DNA of 64,000 nt, from positions 1 through 64,000 of the IMG/VR virus record IMGVR_UViG_2936072512_000001. One strand, given 5' to 3'. Made by a program: the position numbers and the translations under genes. Position 1 is the first letter of the stretch. Each line of letters opens with the position of its first letter. The DNA is from a virus. Lineage: Duplodnaviria > Caudoviricetes. A model generated the notes under the pieces. The model was not told where the DNA came from and searched no databases. It saw only the letters and a list, made by a program, of their open reading frames with translations. Positions 47,134 to 56,503 of this stretch are shown piece by piece.

Positions 47134-48390
47134 TTGCTGACCGCCATCTCCTTATTCGCCGGGGTCGGCGGCTTCGACCTCGCCCTGCAGCGCGCGGGCG
47201 TCCGGGTGACGGCCGCCGTCGAGATCGACAAGGCCGCGCGTCGGGTGCTGGCCGCCCGCTTCCCCGACACCGTGCTGTTCTCCGATGTGCGGGAGGTGAC
47301 CGGTGGCCGCCTCCTCGCAACCGGCTTTACCCCCGAGCAGGGGATCGTCACCGCAGGTTGGCCCTGCACCGGCAACAGCGTCGCCGGTCGCCGGCGAGGC
47401 CTCGACGACGACGGCTCCGGCCTGTGGTCGGAGGTGCGGCGGCTGCTCGCCGAGCTGCGCCCGGCCTGGTTCATCGGGGAGAACGTCCGCGGGCTCCTCT
47501 CGGTCAACCAGGGCACGGACTTCGCGCAGATTGTCGACGACCTGGCCGAGCTCGGGATGGGGTTCGCCTGGAGGGTGTTCGACGCTCGATACTTCGGAGT
47601 GGCCCAGCGACGCCGTCGTCTGCTCGTTGTCGGACATGCTGGAGGATCACCGGACGGTCCCCGCGAAGTACTTCTTGAGCCCGGCCGCCGCGGCGTCGAT
47701 CCTGCGCCGGGCGGCCAGGCGGCGCAGGACGTTGCCGGAACCCTTGGCGGAGGCACTGGCAGTCGTGGCTGGTGCAACGACCTCGACCGGATGACGTTCC
47801 TGCCCGTGGTCGAGCCGATCACCGGGCCGATCGTGGCGTCGGCGCTCACCTCGAACATGGCCGGAGCCGGGGGTGGAGTCGATGACAACACCGCCCAGGC
47901 CTGGCACATCGTTCCTGCAGGGGTCGGGGTCAGGAGGCTGACCCCGACCGAGTGCGAGCGGCTGCAGGGCTTCCCGGACGGCTGGACCGACGTGCCCGGC
48001 TGCTCGGACGCCGCCCGCTACCGGCAGATGGGCAACGCCGTCCCGGTGCCGTTGGCCGAGTGGGTCACCCGCAGAATCAGGCGGGCGTCACGCAACCCGG
48101 ATGGCGATATCCCCTCAGCAGTGCCTCAGGATCGACACGACGCGGCCAGTGAGCGCGTGATGGAACTGCTTGCTGCTCTTCCCCGTGGGGACGCGCCAGC
48201 ACTCGTTCCAGCCACCGACTGCGTCGGTGAGCGTCACCGTGAAGTATCTGACGGCACTGCAGTGGTTGTTGACGTAGATCCGGGTGTTGGTCAGTCCACG
48301 TTCCCACGAGAAGTTGATGCTTCCCGGCTCCCACTCACAGCTGAAGGAGCGAGTGGCAGCGGTTCCCGCCGTGTCGGCGAGCGCGGGTGA
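47134..48390 (+). CDS. C5 DNA cytosine methyltransferase
   Basis: FAGVGG, GWPC, GENV, QRRRR, RRLTPTECERLQGFP, GNAV; MTase fold ends near 48090. Confidence 0.92.
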   Translation: MLTAISLFAGVGGFDLALQRAGVRVTAAVEIDKAARRVLAARFPDTVLFSDVREVTGGRLLATGFTPEQGIVTAGWPCTGNSVAGRRRGLDDDGSGLWSEVRRLLAELRPAWFIGENVRGLLSVNQGTDFAQIVDDLAELGMGFAWRVFDARYFGVAQRRRRLLVVGHAGGSPDGPREVLLEPGRRGVDPAPGGQAAQDVAGTLGGGTGSRGWCNDLDRMTFLPVVEPITGPIVASALTSNMAGAGGGVDDNTAQAWHIVPAGVGVRRLTPTECERLQGFPDGWTDVPGCSDAARYRQMGNAVPVPLAEWVTRRIRRASRNPDGDIPSAVPQDRHDAASERVMELLAALPRGDAPALVPATDCVGERHREVSDGTAVVVDVDPGVGQSTFPREVDASRLPLTAEGASGSGSRRVGERG

Positions 48391-48459
48391 TCCGGTTCCG
48401 ATGAGCCCGGCCGCTCCCAGCGTTAGTGCGCTGAGCAGCGCGGTGACATGACGTCGCAT
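48115..48459 (-). CDS. small secreted Cys-containing protein
   Basis: signal peptide ending ALA; 4 Cys; GAAGGG RBS. Confidence 0.7.
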   Translation of the reverse strand: MRRHVTALLSALTLGAAGLIGTGSPALADTAGTAATRSFSCEWEPGSINFSWERGLTNTRIYVNNHCSAVRYFTVTLTDAVGGWNECWRVPTGKSSKQFHHALTGRVVSILRHC

Positions 48460-48784
48460 GGTGATTCCCTTCGCGGATATTGCTGTCAGCCATGAGAGGA
48501 ATCCAGCAACCGGACCGTGACGCGGGTCGCGGGAGTGTGAGCCGGATCACGCGGCCCATCGGCGTCATTCTGCCGAGCGTGGCCCCAGCCGCCGGGTAGC
48601 CCTTGACCACTCAGAACCTGCGCTGTCCGGCACGCATGCCCCGTGACCTGCGGTGGTCCTCCACTTTGGGGCTGGGGCCACGCTCGGGAAAAGGACACCA
48701 AGAGCCTTAAGTTGCGCAATCGTCACCGCGTACTTGGGGTCCCCGTAAGAAACGTGTCATGGGCCCCAAACGAGCGGCTCTACT

Positions 48785-49045
48785 TCAGGCTGCTTTCCTG
48801 GCAAGCGCCTGGTCGGCTTCGGAGCCGAGCAGCTGCGCGGCGGCCGACAGCTCGGTGAGCAGCTCGGCGTCCATCGCGTCGAGCGTGGCCGTCAGGCCCT
48901 GCACGTCGCCCCGGTACGCCCACCCCATCGCGCCCTGCGCGGCGAAGGTGCGGCCCACCGTCACGAAGGCCTTCTGCATGTCCGCCATGGCCTTGGCGAA
49001 CGCCTTGTATTCGCTGGTCGGTTCGTCGTTCACATCACTCCTCAC
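48785..49045 (-). CDS. hypothetical protein
   Basis: GAGGAG RBS near the start. Confidence 0.55.
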   Translation of the reverse strand: MRSDVNDEPTSEYKAFAKAMADMQKAFVTVGRTFAAQGAMGWAYRGDVQGLTATLDAMDAELLTELSAAAQLLGSEADQALARKAA

Positions 49046-49063
49046 GATCGATCGGGGACCGCC

Positions 49064-49849
49064 ATGGGGCTGCGCCCTCCGTTCCAGTACTACGGCGCGA
49101 AGGGCAAGCTGGCCCCGTTCCTGGCGAGCCTACTGCCGCCGCACGAGGTGTATGTCGAGCCGTTCGCCGGGTCCGCCGCGGTGTTCTTCGCGAAGAAGCC
49201 CGCCAAGATCGAGACGATCAACGACCTCAACGGCGACCTGATCGCGTTCATGCGCACCCTGCGCGACCAGCCCAAGGCGCTGATCCGGGCGGTGCAGTTC
49301 ACGCCGTACGCCCGCGCCGAGCACCAACAGGCCAAGCTCGGCGACGCCACCGCGACCGACCTGGAGCGCGCCCGCCGCTGGTGGATCCAATGCACCCAGT
49401 CCCGCTCCGGCGAAGCCGGCGCGTCCTGGCGCCGGCCGACCTCGAGGACGCGGGTGAACAACCCGGCCGGGGCGAAGCGGGCGTCAACGTCGCTGCGCTG
49501 GCATGCGGCGCGGCTGCGGGAGGCGTTCATCGAGCAGTGCGACGCGCTGGAGCTGATCCAGCGTATGGACTCGCCGACGACGGCGTTCTACGTCGACCCG
49601 CCGTACCTGCGCTCCACCCGCAACGAGTTCGGGTCGGGCCACTACGTCAAGGAGATGGACAAGGAGCACCAGCACGTTCCGCTGCTGAAGATCCTCGCCG
49701 CGTGCGAGGGCGCGGTGGTGCTGTCCGGCTACCGGTCCGACCTGTACGACGACATGCTGCCCGGGTGGCGGCGCATCGACTTCCGGGTGCGGAACGCCGC
49801 CTCCGACGAGCGGCGGCATGCCGTCGAGTCGGTGTGGGTCAACCGCTGA
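49064..49849 (+). CDS. Dam-like (D12 class) DNA adenine methyltransferase
   Basis: YYGAK, EPFAGS, IND, DPPY. Confidence 0.92.
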   Translation: MGLRPPFQYYGAKGKLAPFLASLLPPHEVYVEPFAGSAAVFFAKKPAKIETINDLNGDLIAFMRTLRDQPKALIRAVQFTPYARAEHQQAKLGDATATDLERARRWWIQCTQSRSGEAGASWRRPTSRTRVNNPAGAKRASTSLRWHAARLREAFIEQCDALELIQRMDSPTTAFYVDPPYLRSTRNEFGSGHYVKEMDKEHQHVPLLKILAACEGAVVLSGYRSDLYDDMLPGWRRIDFRVRNAASDERRHAVESVWVNR

Positions 49850-50119
49850 ACCAGCGAGCCCGCTCCACCTGCTGCTGAAACTCGCAGCCGGGCGCGATGT
49901 AGCGAGGTGAAGCGATTCCGTGTCGTAGCAGCCCGACGAGCCGTTCGTGCCGCTCGTCGATCATCTCCTGGATCAGGCTCCGCTGCTTGCCGGTCTCCTG
50001 CTGCTCGTCACGCTGACGGACGTGCTCGTCGCACTCGCACTGTCGCTCGCTCACGGCCTCATGCTCCCACCGCGCGCCCCTCGCGCGAGCGGGATTCCCC
50101 TCACCCTCTGGAGTTCGCC

Positions 50120-51133
50120 ATGTGGTGGCACTCGACCAACTACCTGAAGCAGGACGGCCCGACCAAGGGCATGCTGGCGCACCGCCGCTACTCCCTGTAC
50201 GAGACACCGAGGCTGATGCTGCGCTGCCGCCTCTTCGGCCACAAGCCCGTCGTGGACGGGCACGGCCCGATCGGCGAGGCGCTCAGCGCGGCCCGATGGG
50301 TGGTGTGCGACCGGTGCGGTGTCCGGCCTGACCCACAGGGCAGCCTCGACCCCGAGCGGTACGCGATCGGCGAGCCGTACACCGGGCGACTCGACAACGT
50401 GGTCTTCATCACGGAGTTCCGCGAGTCCGGCGGCCACCGGCGCCCGCCGGGTCCGTGGCCGGTGAAGCCGACCGGCGACATGCACGCCGAAGTGGTCGTC
50501 GGCCAGACGTGGGGCGTCTTCTCGGCCGAGCTGAAGGTCGGCAACTGCGGCAGTGACAACAAGATCGGGGCGCACCTGCGGATGTGGCCGATCGGTGCCA
50601 TCTACCTCGGCTTCGGCTCGCACGGCACCTGGCTGCAGCGCCGCCTGAACCCGGACGGATACGAGTCGCGCGTGATCAGCCTCAACGTCGGCGAGTGGCG
50701 GATCGGCTGGAAGCTGTGGGCCCGCCGCGACGCCTGGTCGGCCGGCGAGCCGCGCTGGATGCAGGGCTTCATCTCCCTCGACCTGGCGCAGAAGCTGTTC
50801 GGCCCGAAGCGCTACTCCTACAAGCCGGTCGAAGGTCCCACCTACCAGTGGGTGCGCCTCAATCACGGCGAGCTCCACCAGGTGCAGCTGAAGCTCCACA
50901 AGCAGCGGCTCGGCCGGCCCCGGCTGGAGTGGCGGGCGAAGTACAGCTGGACGGTGGAGTGGAAGGCCGACGCGCCCATCCCGGTCGGCGACGGCAAGAC
51001 GCTCAGCAACGGCTGGGTGGACGTGCCCGAGGTGTCGGTCGAGAACGGCATGTGGGACCTGACCGCCGCGGCGCGCGCCGCACACCAGATCAACGAGCGC
51101 CGCGACCGCAGCGACTACCGGAGGCAGGCGTGA
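50120..51133 (+). CDS. Trp-rich hypothetical protein
   Basis: GGAG RBS; long ORF; CRLFGH motif. Confidence 0.7.
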   Translation: MWWHSTNYLKQDGPTKGMLAHRRYSLYETPRLMLRCRLFGHKPVVDGHGPIGEALSAARWVVCDRCGVRPDPQGSLDPERYAIGEPYTGRLDNVVFITEFRESGGHRRPPGPWPVKPTGDMHAEVVVGQTWGVFSAELKVGNCGSDNKIGAHLRMWPIGAIYLGFGSHGTWLQRRLNPDGYESRVISLNVGEWRIGWKLWARRDAWSAGEPRWMQGFISLDLAQKLFGPKRYSYKPVEGPTYQWVRLNHGELHQVQLKLHKQRLGRPRLEWRAKYSWTVEWKADAPIPVGDGKTLSNGWVDVPEVSVENGMWDLTAAARAAHQINERRDRSDYRRQA

Positions 51134-51432
51134 ACATCCCTGCCTGGCTCCTCAACGCTGCGCACCGTCGCGGCGTCGTCCGCAGCCTGTCGAGCCGGTC
51201 CGGCAACATGGTGAACACGCCGATCGTGATGCGGTTCTCCGCGCGGACGTGGGCGCCGCACTGGCTGCTGAAGGCCTCCCTCCGCCACTCGTGGGCGATC
51301 ATGAACCGCTCGAAGAGCGACGCGTACGCGCTCGCCCGGGTCCAGCGCTCCAACCAGGCGATGAGCGGGCTCGTCATCTGGGAGTTCACCTTCCGGCCGC
51401 TGGCCTACACCGATCAGAAGCGGGGGTGGTGA
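51130..51432 (+). CDS. hypothetical protein
   Basis: coupled on both sides. Confidence 0.55.
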   Translation: MNIPAWLLNAAHRRGVVRSLSSRSGNMVNTPIVMRFSARTWAPHWLLKASLRHSWAIMNRSKSDAYALARVQRSNQAMSGLVIWEFTFRPLAYTDQKRGW

Positions 51433-52154
51433 TGGCGCGCATCAATGACCAGGAGTACGTGCTGCTGCCGGTGGATGCGGTCACCCCGCACCCGGACAAC
51501 GCCAACCGGGGCAACGTCGACCTCATCGCCGAGTCGATCGAGACGAACGGCTTCTACGGCGTCGTCGTCGTGCAGAAGTCCCGCATGCGGGTCATCGCCG
51601 GCGAGCACCGGTGGCGCGGCGCCCGCGCCAAGGGCCTGGCCGAGTTTCCCGCCGTGGTGGTGGACGTCGACGACGAGACCGCCAAGCGGATCATGCTGGC
51701 CGACAACAGGACCAGCGAGCACAGCGAGTACGACGAGGAGCAGCTGGTCGCGCTGCTGCAGTCGCTGCCTGGCCTGGACGGCACCGGCTGGACCGACGAC
51801 GACCTGGCCGACCTGCTCGACTCCCTCGACGACGAGATCGAGATCGTCGCCGACGAGCCGGGCACGGGCCGATCCTCCTCGCCTCCTCCTCGACCGGCTC
51901 ACGCCGAGGACGACGCCGAGTCCGAGGAGGACGACGATGACGATCTCGACGAGGCCCTGGACGACGGGGACGAGCCAGCCCCCGCCGAGCCGCCACGGCC
52001 CAGAAGCGGACAGACCGCTGAGCTGATCGTGCCGCTCACCGCCGACGAGCACGCCGAAGCGTTCCAGCTCATGGCCGTCATCCGTGAGCGGGACGGCGAC
52101 CTGTCGTTGCCTCAGCTGGTGCTCGCGGCGCTGCGCACGCACGCCAGAACGTAG
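51432..52154 (+). CDS. ParB N-terminal (ParBc/Srx) domain protein with acidic tail
   Basis: PHPDNAN..IAESIETNGF..IAGEHRW..LADNRT. Confidence 0.85.
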   Translation: MARINDQEYVLLPVDAVTPHPDNANRGNVDLIAESIETNGFYGVVVVQKSRMRVIAGEHRWRGARAKGLAEFPAVVVDVDDETAKRIMLADNRTSEHSEYDEEQLVALLQSLPGLDGTGWTDDDLADLLDSLDDEIEIVADEPGTGRSSSPPPRPAHAEDDAESEEDDDDDLDEALDDGDEPAPAEPPRPRSGQTAELIVPLTADEHAEAFQLMAVIRERDGDLSLPQLVLAALRTHART

Positions 52155-52165
52155 CGGAATCGCTA
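52152..52165. promoter_or_regulatory. TAGCG-N4-CGCTA palindrome
   Basis: TAGCGGAATCGCTA between stop and terS RBS. Confidence 0.7.
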
Positions 52166-52181
52166 GGAAGGACATCCCCTC

Positions 52182-52658
52182 ATGCCGAAGGTCAACAAGG
52201 CCCGCGAGGTGGAGCTCGCCCAGCGCCGCTACCAGGCGGTGCAGATGCGCATCGCCGGGGTGCCGCTCGCCATCATCTCCGAGCGTCTCGGCTACTCCGG
52301 GCCCGCGTCGGTGTCGAAGGACATCGATCGGTCTTTGCAGAGGGCCGCCGCGCAGGAGCACATGGCCTCCGAGCACCTGCTGAAGCTGGAGATCGACCGG
52401 CTCGACCGGGTCATGGCCGCGCTGTGGCCCAAGGCGCTCAAGGGCGACGTCCAGTCCTGCGAGACGATCTTGAAGACGATCAACCGGCGCAGCTCCCTGC
52501 TCGGCCTCGACCTGATCAACCGCAACGGCGTCGGCGACACCGACATGGCCTCGCTGCTCGGCAACATGCTCGCCCAGCTGCAGGCCAAGCACCTGCCCGC
52601 GCAGCCGAACGTGGACGCCATTATCGAGGCCGAGGTGATCGCGGAGATCGAGGCGTGA
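52182..52658 (+). CDS. terS: terminase small subunit
   Basis: N-terminal HTH, RLD....LW.KA..GD...RR..LLGLD; precedes terL. Confidence 0.75.
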   Translation: MPKVNKAREVELAQRRYQAVQMRIAGVPLAIISERLGYSGPASVSKDIDRSLQRAAAQEHMASEHLLKLEIDRLDRVMAALWPKALKGDVQSCETILKTINRRSSLLGLDLINRNGVGDTDMASLLGNMLAQLQAKHLPAQPNVDAIIEAEVIAEIEA

Positions 52659-53941
52659 CAGCGGTCGTCGACGGGCCGCTGCTGTCGCCCAAGCAGGAGT
52701 TCGCCATCGCCGACTCCACCGCCCGCCTGAACTGCTTCCACGGCGCCATCCGCTCCGGCAAGACCGTCGCCTCGCTGATCAGGTGGGTCGCCTACATCGC
52801 CAACGCGCCGCGCGGCGGCTCCCTGGTGATCGTCGGCAAGACGGCGGACACGATCAGCCGCAACATCTTCGACGTGCTCATGGACCCGGCGATCATGGGG
52901 CCGATTTCGCGCCGCATCATCTACACGCGCGGGGCGCCGACCGCGAACATCATGGGCCGCCGCGTCGAGATCATCTCCTCCAACGACGCCCGCTCGGAGA
53001 ACCGGCTGCGCGGCATGACGTGCGCCGGGGCGTACGTCGACGAGGCGACGCTGATCGAGCGGCCCTTCTGGGACATGCTGCTGTCGCGTCTGTCGGTGAA
53101 GGGCGCCCAGCTGTTCTGCACGACGAACCCGGACGCGCCCAACCACTGGTTCAAGAAGGACTTCCTGGACCGCTCTCACGAGCTGGACCTGAAGCACTGG
53201 CACTTCACCCTCGACGACAACCCGTTCCTCGACCCCGCCTACGTGAAGGCGCTGAAGGCCGAGTTCACCGGCCTTTGGTACAAGCGCTTCATCGAGGGCC
53301 TGTGGGTCATGGCCGAGGGCGCCATCTACGACATGTGGGACCCCGACATCCACGTCGTCACCTCGCTGCCGCCCATGGAGAAGTGGCTGGGCCTGGGCAT
53401 CGACTACGGCACCACCAACCCGTTCAACGCCCTGCTGGCCGGGGTGTCGGTGCCGGACCGGATGGGGCAGCGCCGCATCTACTTCGCCGCCGAGTGGCGG
53501 TGGGACGCTCGCGCGCAGCGCCGCCAGCTGACGGACGGCGAGTACTCCAAGGCGCTGTCGGCGTGGCTGGCCAAGATCCCGGACACGTACGGGCCCGGCA
53601 CCTACGGGGTGAAGCCGCAGTGGACGGTCGTCGACCCGTCCGCGGCCTCGTTCATCACGCAGCTGTACCGCGACGGCTGGTCGCCGGTCCCGGCCGACAA
53701 CTCCGTCAACGACGGCATCCGCACGGTCGCGAACCTCATCTCGGCCGACCAGCTGCGCGTCCACGCCTCCTGCAAGGGCTGGCTGGACGAGGTCGGCTCG
53801 TACGCGTGGGACGACCGCAAGGCCGACAAGGGCGAAGACTCGCCGATCAAGCTTGACGACCACGCGCTCGACGCCGGCCGCTACCTGCTGCACACCACGC
53901 AGGCGGCGTGGCTGCCGCTGATGGAACGCCTCCCCGCCTGA
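52655..53941 (+). CDS. terL: terminase large subunit (PBSX-like)
   Basis: GAIRSGKT, YVDEAT, TTNPD, IDYGTTNP, DDHALDAGRY. Confidence 0.95.
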   Translation: MTAVVDGPLLSPKQEFAIADSTARLNCFHGAIRSGKTVASLIRWVAYIANAPRGGSLVIVGKTADTISRNIFDVLMDPAIMGPISRRIIYTRGAPTANIMGRRVEIISSNDARSENRLRGMTCAGAYVDEATLIERPFWDMLLSRLSVKGAQLFCTTNPDAPNHWFKKDFLDRSHELDLKHWHFTLDDNPFLDPAYVKALKAEFTGLWYKRFIEGLWVMAEGAIYDMWDPDIHVVTSLPPMEKWLGLGIDYGTTNPFNALLAGVSVPDRMGQRRIYFAAEWRWDARAQRRQLTDGEYSKALSAWLAKIPDTYGPGTYGVKPQWTVVDPSAASFITQLYRDGWSPVPADNSVNDGIRTVANLISADQLRVHASCKGWLDEVGSYAWDDRKADKGEDSPIKLDDHALDAGRYLLHTTQAAWLPLMERLPA

Positions 53942-54098
53942 CCTCCCTGATCGTCCGCCCCGCCTACTCCGCGGGGCGGGCCCGCTCCGCGCCCCCGTCC
54001 CCGTGGGCGCGTCGAGCGCGGCTGTGGCCGCGCGCCGTTGAGGGGCGGCGCGCGGCCACAACGCAAGCCCCACCCATCGGAACAGCGTGAGGAGCCAC

Positions 54099-54566
54099 GT
54101 GGACTTCGTTTTCAACATCTCCAAGGGGCGCGGGGTGGAGCTCTACCACCGCGTCAAGTCATCCGACCCGGCCGGTACGGCGCTCGTGGTGGTGGCGCTG
54201 GCGCAGACCGGCCTCGCCACCGACGCCGACCTGCGGATCGCCGACACGCTGTCGGCCATCCTCGGCGGCTCCTCCAACGAGGTGACCAACGTCGGCTACG
54301 CCCGCAAGGTGCTCGTGGCGGCCGACCTGGCCGCCTGGGCTCCGGACGACACCAACCACCGCACCGACCTGGACATCCCCGACCAGACGTGGAACAGCGT
54401 CGCCACAGGCGACTCGTGGGGCAAGCTGCTCGTCTGCTACCGGCCCACGGCCGGCGCGGCCGACGCCGACATCGTGCCCGTCTCAGGCCACGACTTCGTC
54501 GTCTCGCCGGACGGCACCAACGTGGTGGCGCAGATCGACGCCACCGGCTTCTACCGGGCGGCCTGA
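54099..54566 (+). CDS. putative virion structural protein
   Basis: GAGGAG RBS; beta-rich with GYARK motif; location. Confidence 0.6.
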   Translation: MDFVFNISKGRGVELYHRVKSSDPAGTALVVVALAQTGLATDADLRIADTLSAILGGSSNEVTNVGYARKVLVAADLAAWAPDDTNHRTDLDIPDQTWNSVATGDSWGKLLVCYRPTAGAADADIVPVSGHDFVVSPDGTNVVAQIDATGFYRAA

Positions 54567-54567
54567 C

Positions 54568-55026
54568 ATGGCCAAGGCGGGTTACACGATCCAGGCGCCG
54601 TGGACGGCCGTCCCTGCCGGTGGCGCCGGTAAGACGCTGCTGCAGGTGACGCTCCCGTCCTCGTTCGGGCTGGAGATCAAGAAGATCCGGGTCGGGCTCA
54701 ACGGCACCTCGGCCACGGCGGTGCCCGGCATCATCGACCTCATCGCCGCGACCGCGGCGGGGGCGAGCGTCACCAGCGCGACCGTGCAGCAGGTGTACGG
54801 CAGGACCATCGCGCACGGACTGACCGCCCAGCACACGCTGACGGGCGAGCCGACCGGCATCAGCGTGCTGGACCCGTGGCCGCTCTCGCCGAACGGCGGC
54901 CTGGTCCTGTACGACTGGCCGCTCGGCGACAGCCCCGACTTCGCCCCGTCGTCGATCTTCGGTATCCGCGCGACGTTCCCGGCGGCGGTGTCGGCGATGG
55001 TCACTCTGTGGGTCGAGCGCATCTAG
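54568..55026 (+). CDS. putative virion structural protein
   Basis: beta-rich, coupled. Confidence 0.6.
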   Translation: MAKAGYTIQAPWTAVPAGGAGKTLLQVTLPSSFGLEIKKIRVGLNGTSATAVPGIIDLIAATAAGASVTSATVQQVYGRTIAHGLTAQHTLTGEPTGISVLDPWPLSPNGGLVLYDWPLGDSPDFAPSSIFGIRATFPAAVSAMVTLWVERI

Positions 55027-55772
55027 GGCAGATAGCCCCAGTCGCGTGCGACCGGCCGCAGCAGCTCCGGCACAAGGTCAGGGGCCGGTAGCGGGCGAGG
55101 CGGCTGGACAGCGCCGGTGCGGATCTTGTCGCGCCAGTCTCCCAGGCCGCGCGGCCACTCGCTGTGGCGCGGCCCGTAGTGGAGCATGGCCGGCTCGAAG
55201 TCGACGCCGAGGAAGCCGCACACGTCCTGCAGCACCGCTTCCGGATCTGCGGTCAGCTGCTCGTACCGGACTGTCCAGCCTGGCAGGGCGGCGCGGGCGT
55301 CGGAGACGGCGTCCATGCAGCCGCGCAGGTATCGGGCAGAGGCGGCGGGGCCGTGCCGGGTGGCTTCCAGCCACGAGGTGAGCACGCTGCCCGGGTGCCG
55401 CAGCAGGAAGATCCAGCGGGCATCGGGCCAGCAGGAGGCCAGCCGCCGCCAGTGCGGCACGTCCGTGGGGCTCTTGTGCACCAGCGTGGCCTTGCCCGAC
55501 CGGGCGAGCAGCTGGTGCGCCAGCTGGTCCCACAGCAGGTAGTCCAGCTCGTCCTGTCCGCCGAGGTCGCCGAGCGCCAGCCGCGCGGGCGGGGACGCGG
55601 CGGCGGAAATCTTGGCCAGCGGGATCTCGTGCGGGGCGTGCAGGCGGCTGTGGCCGCCGAGTACGGCACGCAGCAGCGTGGACCCTGACCGGGGGGCGCA
55701 GGCCACGATGACCGGCTCCTTCACCAGACGCACCGACGCCTTCTTCGACCAGCCCCGAGCCTCGCTGTTCAT
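55023..55772 (-). CDS. PAPS-dependent sulfotransferase family protein
   Basis: APRSGSTLL 5'-PSB, LLRHPGSVLTSW 3'-PB, VRYEQLTADPEAVL..VCGFLG. Confidence 0.9.
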   Translation of the reverse strand: MNSEARGWSKKASVRLVKEPVIVACAPRSGSTLLRAVLGGHSRLHAPHEIPLAKISAAASPPARLALGDLGGQDELDYLLWDQLAHQLLARSGKATLVHKSPTDVPHWRRLASCWPDARWIFLLRHPGSVLTSWLEATRHGPAASARYLRGCMDAVSDARAALPGWTVRYEQLTADPEAVLQDVCGFLGVDFEPAMLHYGPRHSEWPRGLGDWRDKIRTGAVQPPRPLPAPDLVPELLRPVARDWGYLP

Positions 55773-55786
55773 CTGAGGAGGTTACG

Positions 55787-56491
55787 GTGCCCGTCGAGGT
55801 TGATCCGTCGCTGCCGCTCGTGGCCACCGCGTACGACGCCCTGTCGGTCGGGCCGTTCAACACCCCCGCGGGGGCTCTCCTCGTCGTGGGGTTCGCCGGG
55901 TACGGGTCGTCGACCCCGCTGGCCGACGGCGTCACCTTCACCCTCCAGCAAGAGTCCCCGCTGTGGACGTACGCCCAGCTCTGGACGGCTCCGCTGACCG
56001 CAGCACGGACCGGGCTCGAGATCGAGATGCCCGCAGCGGAGATGGTCGGCGGGATGAAGGTATGGGTCGTGACCGGCCAGGCCTCCCCGGTGGCCGTGGG
56101 CCAGGGCGGCAGCGGGTCGCTGACGACCAACAACGCGACCGTCACCGGCTACAACAGCAGCAGGGCCGGAACGCTCGGCCTGGCCGTTGGCTACGAGGAC
56201 GACCAAGTCGCCGAGACCGCGACGCCAACCACCTCCACCGACATCTTCGACCGCTACTACAAATCTGACCTTCACGGCCCGGGTGTCCCCGGGTCGGCTC
56301 TGTTCCTGCACAAGGCGGCGCCTGCGACGGCGGCCGGGCAGGCGGTCACGTTCAACCTGAACGCCCCCGGCACGGCCGCTGCCGACTGGCATTGGGCCGC
56401 GATCGAAATCCTCAACGCGCCCGACGCGCCCTCGCCGCCGCGCATCGTGCACGCGGCCCGCGCTGCAACGCACCGAGCATCGAGTTGGTAG
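55787..56491 (+). CDS. putative virion structural protein
   Basis: GAGGAGG RBS; Ala/Thr/Gly-rich. Confidence 0.65.
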   Translation: MPVEVDPSLPLVATAYDALSVGPFNTPAGALLVVGFAGYGSSTPLADGVTFTLQQESPLWTYAQLWTAPLTAARTGLEIEMPAAEMVGGMKVWVVTGQASPVAVGQGGSGSLTTNNATVTGYNSSRAGTLGLAVGYEDDQVAETATPTTSTDIFDRYYKSDLHGPGVPGSALFLHKAAPATAAGQAVTFNLNAPGTAAADWHWAAIEILNAPDAPSPPRIVHAARAATHRASSW

Positions 56492-56503
56492 CGGAGGTGA
56501 GCG

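Noticed and set aside
51432-52154. Second ParB as a partition protein
   Set aside because: Only the N-terminal ParBc domain, no HTH and no adjacent parA; typical terminase-adjacent gene
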